Source: Anthoceros angustus (Eukaryota > Plantae > Anthocerotophyta). Taken from it: DNA of 64,000 bases. Below are positions 53,423-64,000 of the stretch, in pieces (within the stretch, counting starts at the first letter, position 1; every line of letters starts with the position of its first letter). A program made the translations under genes and the position numbers. The notes under the pieces were generated by a model that worked only from the letters and a program-made list of their open reading frames with translations, was not told the DNA's origin and searched no databases. Location of the stretch: contig VJWM01000223.1 of NCBI GenBank assembly GCA_010909165.1, positions 1-64,000 on the forward strand, given 5' to 3'.

Positions 53423-53744
53423 ATGGACATGAATAATACGCCTATGCTCTCAATTCACGACATTTGCCCCAGTTGCGAAGATAGATGAAGGCGTCTGGAA
53501 ATATTCAGGTTTAATCATGATATAATTAAAATTATACCTCTTGACAACGAGCGTGAGGAGCAACATCTTGAAGCGATAAACAATGAATTCGATCGCGAGA
53601 CTTTGGCCACCTTACAAGATGCGAGGCTCCTTTTGCTGCACTAATTTCTTATGCAACAAATCCCATGCAATATGGGAAGGACCACTCTTTTCCGAGTTTA
53701 TTATTGCTAAGGCGCCGGTCGTGTCCTATGCAACAAGGTTTCCT
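53423..53744 (+). pseudogene. Haspin-like kinase, copy 9, 3' two-thirds deleted
   Basis: caacaaGGTTTCCT joins directly to acgtgaacacatcc (PPR segment). Confidence 0.75.
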
Positions 53745-54893
53745 ACGTGAACACATCCATGGCCTCCTGCAGCCTACCTCCACTTGCATACATGCGCAAC
53801 AAATGGTTCGCCAAGTATGCATGACTCAAGTTTGATAAGATCATGAACTCGTCGCCCCACAAACAAATCCTTCCACAGCTGCACATAGTTTTAACACGGC
53901 ATATACGAGACGGGAAATAGGACAATTTTCCAAGCCCGAGATTCCGAGCTGCAGCCTCGATGGCTTCCCTGGCGGCGTAACGTGATCACGGCGGTATTCT
54001 GACACCCATTTCCGATCACGCACCCGGCCTCACGATTATCGGAGAGCTCGGTGCAAGGAGACTCAAGGATCGTGGGGTGCATCTTGTGGAAAGAGGAGAG
54101 AGGAGAGGAGGAGGAGGCAAGAGTAGCTCTCACATTGAGATGAGGCTTGGAGGTGCACCCTCCAGCAGGCTCCTAAGCTCCAGCTCCTAGGAAGGAGCAC
54201 GAAGCTTCCTAGTGATTAGCTTAAGCTAAACTAATGATACTTAACGACACCTAACTTAGACTAAGTGTATTAGTCTAAGTACATTGAGCTTTAATACCCA
54301 CCACTGCCATGAGCCATGTGCATATCCAAAGAAGCAGTGCTCGTCCACCCAAGTTGGCTTGAACATCGAGGACCTCTGGACCCTTCGGAAAATCTCCTCT
54401 TATCTCGTTGTCCCACCACATCGTAGGGTCGGAAAAATTGTTGCCACAAGAGCTCCGCTCCACGACCATCTGGAAAATCCTTCCCCACCCACACACTTTC
54501 GAAAGGTGGAAGTGGGTTGCTCATCTTCTGGAGGTTTGGCTGGTTACCGTGCTTGACCCGAGGTGGCGTGCGTGGGAGCTCCTTGTAGAATCCACCTCGC
54601 TCGCCACTTTGTTGGGTCCACAAGGGATCCGGTTTCCATATTGTAGCCACGTTACAGCACCGCCTCGAAAGATGGGAGGCGGACACAAACTACCTATGAG
54701 CGTGATAGATCGCCGGAGGACACATGCCCTTCATGCACACCTCCCTTCCAGATCTGACGCTAGTTTGCAACCTCATTTGCAACCTGTTCATCCTGGGCGA
54801 AACTCCAACTTGGGCAGCAAGCTTATGCGAGGCTCCTTTTGCTGCACTTGGAATCGTGTGCGAAATTGACCGCCTCACATTGCACCCCACCCG
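53745..54893 (-). pseudogene. OSB-PPR fragment, copy I (with solo LTR, further truncated)
   Basis: Same motifs, ending at EAMDVFT. Confidence 0.7.
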
Positions 54894-55227
54894 AAGGCCA
54901 AGGAACTTGGGCCTATGTACATAGGTATATCTTGATGTACCTATATTATTGTCGAAGACCAAGGAACGTGGGGCTATATATGTATATGTTATATAAGTTA
55001 CTTATATTATTGATAATCTTTGAGAAAAATTTCATCCTAAGATTATATAATAATTTTCATGATATAAATTACGAGAACCAAGGAACATTAGGCTATCTAT
55101 ATATGCAAGTATATAGGTTGTTTTATTATTGCACAATCGCTGATAGTTTTACAAAAGCTTGGTGGAAAGCTAGTTTCAGAGTATTAAAAACCAAGCTAGC
55201 TAGTTTGTGTGAGAGTACCGAAAAACA

Positions 55228-56209
55228 ATGGACATGAATAATACGCCTATGCTCTCAATTCACGACATTTGCCCCAGTTGCGAAGATAGATGAAGGCGTC
55301 TGGAAATATTCAGGTTTAATCATGATATAATTAAAATTATACCTCTTGACAACGAGCGTGAGGAGCAACATCTTGAAGCGATAAACAATGAATTCGATCG
55401 CGAGACTTTGGCCACCTTACAAGATGCAGAGGCTCCTTTTGCTGCACTAATTTCTTATGCAACAAATCCCATGCAATATGGGAAGGACCACTCTTTTCCG
55501 AGTTTATTATTGCTAAGGCGCCGGTCGTGTCCTATGCAACAAGGTTTCCTCTAGAGTATCCACCTTGTCAAAGGTTCGGGATGATTGTACAAGAGGAGGC
55601 TGGGATTCCTTTGTCAAAATTCAATTTCACACAATGCGAAATCAAAAGCATGTTATTGCAAGTAACTCTTGCTTTACACGTAGCACAAAAGCTTATGGAT
55701 TCGAGCATCGTGACCTCCATACAAAAATATTCTTTTGACTTATCTTTGGAGATCAACAAAGTGTTGAATTCTATACCGTATGCAATAGAAAGAAAAAATC
55801 AAAACATACGGAATAAGGGTATCTAATAGATTTGGATTATCACGTATGCAACGTGATACACAAGTCCTATTTAGCAAAGTGGCAAAATTTGAGCCGAGGG
55901 ATATCATTTCGCTGCACTTGGAATCGTGTGCACGAAATTGTGGGCTCAAATTGGGACCATAGTTTCCCTAAGATCAATGCGATATGGATCAATTATCTAA
56001 CTCAAGTCGTTGCTGCAAAGCAGTTGAAAACCAAGAATTGCCCCTAAATTGCCTTCAACAATTATTTGCTTTTCTTTGGACGAGTAACATTGTGTAACAC
56101 AACAGAGATTGGAAGAGACCGGTTTTTCGAAGACATGTGGCTAAAAGAAATGTCGAGTGAAGTCAAACTACATTCTAATTCTTATTCAAAAGTTAAGATG
56201 ACATTGTAA
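55228..56209 (+). CDS. Haspin-like protein kinase, copy 10
   Basis: Same motifs; gaccggtttttcgaagacatgtgg (DRFFEDMW) in frame. Confidence 0.8.
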
Positions 56210-56813
56210 CCCAACGGTGAATTAGACGTACACTAAAGGTCGAGTGCATAATTCCTTGCATTTTCTCTCAAAAGAATCCCTTGTATTCTCATTTTCACAA
56301 GGATAAGGTAAGAGGGCAACTAGATGCAATAATTCCTTTTCGATTCCTTGATAAAAAGAAAGTTGGGCGAGACTTTCTTCACTATAGCCATTAATTTTTA
56401 TAAGTGTAAATAATTTTTACAATTTTCAAAGACGTGAATTTTTATCTTCAAAGATCTAGTAATGTCATCGAGTTCTCTAGTTTGGTATGGTGGTTAGATC
56501 TCGTTCATACAATATGCGAATGATTGCACTATCCAAATACTCTAACCGCACTTCCTTTGAGGAGTGACACGCTTGTCGCAATGAATTCATTGGATGGAAC
56601 TACGTGGTTAAGCAACCCTTGGCTAGAATGCTCGAGATGGGGTACCACTCACCTACCCAATTGCTCCGGGCCCTTGAAGTGACACAGAAGCCATGAGTTC
56701 ATTGGCACTCCGTGGTTAAGCAACCCTCCGGTGCCCAATTGCTCCTAGCCATGGCCCTTGGTGGCTTTGTTATGATACCGTGAGAACGTTCATTGGCACT
56801 CCGTGGTCAAGTG

Positions 56814-57965
56814 GCGCAAAAAGTCACAGTGCACTTCTCTGCCGGATTCCAAGTCTGAGGCAAATGCACAAGCTTGAAAGACAGCCACAAAGCCGTGAGC
56901 ATCCGCCTTCACACCTGATCTACGCATGTCATGGTACAGGTGTATGGCCTCTTCAGGTTTCCCATGTTTAGAGTATGCGGTGATGATGGAAAACCACATG
57001 AAGGCATATGGTTTCCCTACCGTGAACACATCCATGGCCTCCTGCAGCCTACCTCCACTTGCATACATGCGCAACAAATGGTTCGCCAAGTATGCATGCG
57101 ACTATACCAAGTTTGTGATGATCATGAACTCGTCGCCCACAAACAAATCCTTCCGGCTGCACATAGTTTTAACACGGCATATACCGAGGCGGAAATAGGA
57201 CAATTTTCCAAGCCCCGGAGATTCCAGGCTGCAGCCTCGATAAGCTTCCCTGGCGGCGTAACGTGATCACGGTATTGACCCATTTCCGATCCTGCACGCC
57301 TGCCCGGCCTCACGATTAGCGGAGAGCTCGGTGCAAGGAGACTCGCCATGAGCCATGTGCATATCCAAAGCAGCTGCTCGTCCACCCAAGTTGGCTTGAA
57401 CATCTTTGTTTAACGAGAGGACCTCTTGGACCCCTTCCGCCGAATCGGTGACGGGAGCTCTTCTTATCTACTTTGTTGTCCCACCACATCGTAGGGTCCA
57501 GAAAAATTGTTGCCACAAGAGCTCTGCTCGGACGACCATCGTTGGAAAATCCTTCCCCACCACACACTTTACGAAAGGTGGAAGTCTTTGGGTTGCTCAT
57601 CTTCTTTGGAGGTTTGGCTGGTTACGTGCTTGACCGAGGTGGCGTGCGTGGGAGCTCCTTGTAGAATCCACCTCGCTCGCCACTTTGTTGGGTCCACAAG
57701 GGATCCGGTTTCCATATTGTAGCCACGTTCGACCGCCTCGAAGATGGAGTGAGGCGGACACAAACTACCTATGAGCGTGATAGATCGGCCGGAGGACACA
57801 TGCCCTTCATGCACACCTCCCTTCCAGATCTGACGCTAGTTTGCAACTGCCGCAACTGTTCATCCTGGGCGAAAACTCCAACTTGGGCAGCAAGCTTGCG
57901 AGGCTCCTTTTGCTGCACTTGGAATCGTGTGCGAAATTGACCGCCTCACATTGCACCCATGGCCA
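56814..57965 (-). pseudogene. OSB-PPR fragment, copy J (no solo LTR; PDF motif tail reads through into PPR)
   Basis: ORF 57122..57403 runs PTWVDEQL...GKLIEAA...SVYAVLKLCAA in one frame. ORF 56790..57089 is a clean PLS PPR stretch. Confidence 0.8.
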
Positions 57966-58300
57966 AGGCCAAGGAACTTGGGCCTATGTACATAGGTATA
58001 TCTTGATGTACCTATATTATTGTCGAAGACCAAGGAACGTGGGGCTATATATGTATATGTTATATAAGTTACTTATATTATTGATAATCTTTGAGAAAAA
58101 TTTCATCCTAAGATTATATAATAATTTTCATGATATAAATTACCGAGAACCAAGGAACATTAGGCTATCTATATATGCAAGTATATAGGTTGTTTTATTA
58201 TTGCACAATCGCTGATAGTTTTACAAAAGCTTGGTGGAAAGCTAGTTTGCAGAGTATTAAAAACCAAGCTAGCTAGTTTGTGTGAGAGTACCAAAAAACA

Positions 58301-59272
58301 ATGGACATGAATAATACTGCCTATGCTCTCAATTCACGACATTTGCCCCAGTTGCGAAGATAGATGAAGGCGTCTGCGGAAATATTCAGTTTAATCATGA
58401 TATAATTAAAATTATACCTCTTGACAACGAGCGTGAGGAGCAACATCTTGAAGCGATAAACAATGAATTCGATCGCAGACTTTGGCCACCTTACAAGATC
58501 AGAGGCTCCTTTTGCTGCACTAATTTCTTATGCAACAAATCCCATGCAATATGGGAAGGACCACTCTTTTCCGAGTTTATTATTGCTAAGGCGCGGTCGT
58601 GTCCTATGCAACAAGGTTTCCTCTAGAGTATCCACCTTGTCAAAGGTTCGGGATGATTGTACAAGAGGAGGCTGGGATTCCTTTGTCAAAATTCCAATTT
58701 CACACAATGCGAAATCAAAAGCATGTTATTGCAAGTAACTCTTGCTTTACACGTAGCACAAAAGCTTATGGATTCGAGCATCGTGACCTCCATACAAAAA
58801 TATTCTTTTGACTTATCGAGATCAACAAAGTGTTGAATTCTATACCGTATGCAATAGAAAGAAAAAATCAAAACATACGGAATAAGGGTATCTAATAGAT
58901 TTGGATTATCACGTATGCAACGTGATACACAAGTCCTATTTAGCAAAGTGGCAAAATTTGAGCCGAGGGATATCATTTACGCACTTGGAATCGTGTGCGA
59001 AATTGTGGGCTCAAATTGGGACCATAGTTTCCCTAAGATCAATGCGATATGGATCAATTATCTAACTCAAGTCGTTGCTGCAAAGCAGTTGAAAACCAAG
59101 AATTGCCCCTAAATTGCCTTCAACGATTATTTGCTTTTCTTTGGACGAGTAACATTGTGTAACACAACAGAGATTGGAAGAGACCAGTTTTCAAGACATG
59201 TGGCTAAAAGAAATGTCGAGTGAAGTCAAACTACATTCTAATTCTTATTCAAAAGTTAAGATGACATTGTAA
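58301..59272 (+). CDS. Haspin-like protein kinase, copy 11 (last; adjoins unique flank)
   Basis: Same motifs as copy 1. Confidence 0.8.
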
Positions 59273-60268
59273 CCAACGGTGAATTAGGCGTACACTAAAG
59301 GTCGAGTGCATAATTCCTTGCATTTTCTCTCAAAAGAATCCCTTGTATTCTCATTTTCACAAGGATAAGGTAAGAGGGCAGCTAGATGCAATAATTCCTT
59401 TTCGATTCCTTGATAAAAAGAAAGTTGGGCGAGACTTTCTTCACTATAGCCATTAATTTTTATAAGTGTAAATAATTTTTACAATTTTCAAACACGTGAA
59501 TTTTTATCTTCAAAGATCTAGTAATGTCATCGAGTTCTCTAGTTTGGTATGGTGGTTAGATCTCGTTCCATACAATATGCGAATGATCGCACTATCCAAA
59601 TACTCTAACTGCACTTCCTTTGAGGGTGACACGTTTCTCGCCATGAATTCATTGGATGGAACTACGTGGTTAAGCAACCCTTCTAGAACGCTCGAGATGG
59701 GGTACCACTCACCTACCCAATTGCTCCGGGCCCTTGAAGTGACACAGAAGCCATGAGTTCATTGGCACTCCGTGGTTAAGCAACCCTCCGGTGCCCAATT
59801 GCTCCTAGCCATGGCCCTTGGTGGCTCTGTTATGATACCATGAGAACGTTCATTGGCTCTCCGTGGTCAAGTGATCCTCCTCTGGTGCCCAATTACTCCG
59901 GGCCATGGCCCTTGGTGGCCTGTTTGTTATGATTAAAAGGGACCTCAAAAACAAGTTCGTAATGTGATGTGAGTGTTTGTCGTTTATTTATTTTATTTTA
60001 CGGGAGGGTAGATTGGCGCGGAAGAATACTTTATTTTATAGGAAGAATACTTTATTTTATAGGAGCATAGAAGAATCCTTGCATGGAAATCTAACAAGCC
60101 CACCCCATAGGGTGAGAGGACATGAATTTTTAATATCAATCCTTCTTCCAAAGGATGTTGCTTTGTAATATAAAATCTATTAGACATGAGGAAACCCATC
60201 CCAATAATTATCCACATTAACTGTGATCTACACTTATAAGAATATCAATATAGGGGCTGGCCTCCCTA

Positions 60269-61273
60269 CTAGAAATACGAATATAAATAAGACATATATA
60301 AGAAGCTTTGCTGAATCTAAGATGTTCAAAAGAAAGGCTCTTTGAAGTATGACACTCAACTAATTGATGAGCCTTGAAGGTAAACCTCAAATGGGTTTAG
60401 TGAACCCCAATACGTGGCGCCGAGGGATCCCGATGTATCCCACCTGGGTACTAGCCTTTTGTAGACCCGACAGTATCCCATTTGGGTACAAGCCTTTTAT
60501 AGACCAGCGGCTACATGGCATACGAAGAGTGCATGCTGAAGTGAACTGTAGGGCTTCCCTGTTGAGTTCTAAAGAACTCATGTTCACTGCACCCAAGCTT
60601 TCTTGGAGGCACTGCGGGGACTCTTCGCCTCTTATTTCCATCTAGCTTTTTCATATGGATTTCTAGAGTAGGTGTACATGGAACTCTTTGCCTCTTCACC
60701 TTTAACCCCCCCATGACCAAGGGTCTCAAAGCAAGACTATTGGGATATATTCAGGATCGTAGCGTTATCATCATTCAGCCAAAATATTTCTTCATGGTAC
60801 CAACTTGTAGGGTTCGTTGAGCTGCACATGCTCATATAAAATAACACAAAAAAATAATAACAATTTCTGTGAGCTACCATTAAGAGATGATGATGACGAG
60901 TAGCCTTGATGCGTACAACAACGGGGAGGAAGCACGATACTCTATGATATTCTTATAAGTGCACAACTGATGCCTTCTCTTGAGCGTTCCCACTAGAAAT
61001 ACAAACATAAATAACATATAAATGTAACAAGCTTTGCTGAGTCTAAGATGTTCAAAAGCAAGACTCTTTGAAGCACGACACTCTACTGATTGACGAGCTT
61101 TCAAGGTAAACCTCATGTGCATTTAGTGAACCTCAATGTGTGGCACCGGGGGATCCCGATGTATCCCATTGGGTACCAGCCTTTTGTAGACCCGGCAGTA
61201 TCCCATTTGGGTACAAGCCTTTTATCGACCCAACGCCGACGTGGCATACTAAGGGTGCATGCTAAAGTGAACT
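60269..61273. repeat. Diverged ~280 bp direct repeat pair (60269-60547 and 60993-61273)
   Basis: Both run ctagaaatac...ggtaaacctca...gggatcccgatgtatccca...gtgcatgct.aagtgaact, each with an internal ~36 bp doublet. Confidence 0.85.
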
Positions 61274-61699
61274 TTTTATGGGAAGTTTATGGAATGGGAA
61301 CTATGTTCCAAGCCCATTTTTGGGTCTTTGCTCAATAACTCTCCTTGCATACATATTGATCGGTTTAGCATGGTTTTGGTACCAAATGATGTGCTTTTCC
61401 GTAAGTTTTATGAAAAAGTGTATGGGAACTTCACTAGGTCTATGACTAGGGATAACCAGGATAAAAAAGCATTTCGTTGGTGACGGACCCTCGCAAACGG
61501 AAGCTGATTGCAGCCATCATATAGTGCACTGAAAGTTATAGCTTGTTGAAGAGCATGCAAAACTGGCTGACTGGTTTAGCCATTTCTATAGCTTGTTGAA
61601 GTTTGCTCAGTGAGTTCTACTCTCTTATGTTTAGAGCTTATTGAAATTAGCTCAATGTGTTCTACATCCTCTTTAATTTTTGTGATTTGGGGGAACGCA

Positions 61700-63555
61700 G
61701 AGACTTTATATATATGGTGAGATGGGAAGTCCCATCTACACCGAGGGAGTGGGGGAAGAACCCACTTAAGGGTCGTAGGCGAAGGGGGATAGTCCGTCCA
61801 ATTACATAGCCATTATACAGAGCACAGGTCCATGTGCCGAGCACAACGCAAACCAACATACCCGTGCCTCGGTGGAAGCGTTGTCTCCAACACCATCGTC
61901 TTCTTACTGCCCCCAAGATATCACAGTTTGGGATAAGAAAGGGCCTACTTACCACGGGAGTTATGCTGCGCCTCCCCCCGCATTTAAGGTTGTCCTGAAA
62001 ATTGAGTTTGCCACCGCCCTCTGCAGCACAATGGAAAGACGTTGCCGAAAGAAAGCCACTACATAAGGAAAAGGGGAGACCTACCCCATTCTTACAAATA
62101 TGGTAAGCCTTAGCACAACCCTTGATAAACTTCAAAAAATCCTTGCCCATGGCCCCATGATTGTCTTGATAGCAAAAGGAATGAACACATAGCCTTCCTG
62201 CATGGGGGTGTGCTTGTGAGCCTTGGCAGTCGCACATCCCTCTGCCGCCTAGCCCGGAGGACTGAGGAGGATTGATGATGACATGCTCGTTGACGGTATC
62301 CCGAGTAGGATCTGTTACAGCCACATTTGCAACATAGACCTAGTCCCATCTGCTAAAAAATAGATCAGCCTTGAGACACATGTCATCGAACAATGTAAAT
62401 GGGCCCTCCCTGAAAGGAAAGAACCACTCTCTTTGGTCATTGAGAACATGACATCTCGGACGGCGTCATGTGTTGCGATACGCTACCCGCCAGTTGGACA
62501 GTGAGCTAGGTGGGTTCAATTGTCGTCGAGGAGGGCCCCACAGCTATCAAACATAAGAGAACAAGCCAGAGGTTAGACTAGGCCCGGGTGGAATCTCATC
62601 GTGGTAGAAAAAGAGGTCGGTGCGATTCGAAATGATTGGATGCAAGGACGGGCCAAAAGCTAGGAAATGGCTCCCTTTCCTGAGCAAGCGCGGGGACGAC
62701 CTTTTGTGGATCGAGGAGTGGAGGAATCCAGGAGAAGAGCCTAATGCGCCTGCCCATACTGCTTCTCCTAGAGAGAGGCTTCAAGCGCCCTCTAACCATC
62801 CCCGAGGAACAAGGAAAAGGGAGGCATGACCTCCTTGGCTTGTGCGGATAAGAGGCCCTTAGCCAGCCTTAAGGACACCTAGAGGGAGAAGGGCCCTTCC
62901 TCAACGCCTGAGACAAAACCATTTAGCATGCGGATATTCCTAATTCGAAAGCGAGAGCCAAGATAGGAGCAGAGAGAGCCCAGATCCCTAAAAAGACCGC
63001 CGGCGCCGAGGCCTCTATGGCTAGTAGACCTGTGCCGCCAAAAGCGATAGGTAGGGATGCTTGTCGTCGTGCAAGATCCCGACAACGCATTGAAAGGTAC
63101 CTGGGTTGTTGATGTCCCCCAACACCTGTATGACATGTGGATCCCCTAATAGAGAGAGGTTGCCGATGTGAGCCAAATGCTCCTTCAGAGCAGCGTCCAC
63201 GTAATCTTGAATAAAATCCTTACACCCCCCTGAGACCCCTAAAAAGCGGAGTCCAGGCAAAAAAGCAATATGTTGAAGAGAGGGCATAGGTCCTGATAGG
63301 GACCAACCCTGCGCTTCGAAATCTTGACCTTCAAGCCACGACGTGAGAGCTCCCGGGAGAAGAGTTCGAAATCTTCGTTGACCTTATCCCCGGCCCTATG
63401 ATATGCATGTCATCTGCCACTGACGGAAAGAGACATTCCCGCACCAAGGAGGCAAATGTGACATAGCCATGAAGTGCGCCATGGCAAAGAGGGCACCCCT
63501 CATGGGATCCCCCTCGTGCCTATCACGGAGTCAAGCATGTAGTCCACTGAGGGAC
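61700..63555 (-). mobile_element. 5'-truncated non-LTR retrotransposon with RT and C-terminal Zn-knuckle/restriction-like endonuclease (CRE-clade-like), degraded
   Basis: Minus strand GTR.GDPMRGALFA (~63485-63520), LFPSVADDMHI (~63400-63432), HLAHCPTGG.RIATHDAVRDV (~62450-62515), ADL...VAVTDP (~62305-62370). Confidence 0.8.
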
Positions 63556-63559
63556 ATTT

Positions 63560-63667
63560 ATGACAGTAACCGTTTTTGTAATTTCAGATGTAACACTTTG
63601 CTCACAATCATGGATAGTAACCATTTTTGTGATTTGATATGTTAAACTTTGCTCACAGTCATGACAG
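63560..63667. repeat. Two imperfect ~51 bp tandem copies
   Basis: agtaacc.tttttgt.attt...atgt.a.actttgctcaca.tcatg at ~63565 and ~63616. Confidence 0.75.
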
Positions 63668-64000
63668 ACAACAGGGGTCATTAGGAAGTAGATGAATTGC
63701 TCCCTAGTGGTGACTAGCCAAGATGCCTTGGATGCACTCGCCGCTTCGTTTCCGAGCTTCCTTCAGCACTTTATCTCAGTTCAGGGTAAGGGGCATTCAC
63801 ATTCGGAGATTGGCACAAGTACAGAGATGATATTTGCCTGGATGTTATGGAAACCTCTCGCATTCGAGGTACATACGTGACAATCTAACTTGAGTTCAGA
63901 CAAACTACGTAACCAGCATTTGTTCCAGCACCATCCGATGCATAACCTAACTAGTCGTCATTTGCTCCAAACTCTGTTGAGTTCCCGTTCCAGTATGCAT

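Larger units (their letters stand above)
26223..59873. repeat. Head-to-tail tandem array of ~3.3 kb units (Haspin-like kinase + OSB-PPR fragment + solo LTR)
   Basis: Kinase ATG context aacaATGgacatgaat recurs at 27085, 30423, 33704, 37042, 40365, 43469, 46791, 50136, 53423, 55228, 58301 (spacings 3338, 3281, 3338, 3323, 3104, 3322, 3345, 3287, 1805, 3073). Confidence 0.97.

Noticed and set aside
26223-59873. rDNA, 5S, snRNA or histone gene array
   Set aside because: No rRNA, snRNA or histone sequence recognised in the unit.
60019-60064. 21 bp doublet GGAAGAATACTTTATTTTATA
   Set aside because: Simple slippage duplication in AT-rich flank; no further structure.

Overview
Repeat-rich, probably heterochromatic window from a plant nuclear genome. 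A non-seed land plant is the most likely host, inferred from a PLS-type PPR gene and a CRE-like 'ADD' LINE. The sequence looks like an unpolished long-read consensus: nearly every coding region is frameshifted, so proteins were read across frames by eye. Left 26 kb: nested retroelements. (i) A truncated Ty1/Copia (-). (ii) A Ty3/Gypsy (+) whose pol region carries a C5-cytosine DNA methyltransferase (DNMT3/DRM-like) between protease and RT, plus a PHD finger after integrase. (iii) An Athila-like Gypsy (-) with 3.4-4.3 kb LTRs, apparently inserted into the 3' LTR of (ii). 26.2-59.9 kb: head-to-tail array of ~3.3 kb units (11 kinase starts). Each unit holds an intronless, kinase-domain-only Haspin-like gene (+) and, divergently, an OSB (PDF-motif)-PPR fusion gene fragment (-). 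The fusion is cut at the array junction and interrupted by a ~250 bp solo LTR in 8 of 10 scorable copies. Right end: unique flank and a 5'-truncated RLE-type non-LTR retrotransposon (-). Top candidates for novel biology: the DNMT+PHD Gypsy, the amplified Haspin-like kinase and the OSB-PPR fusion.
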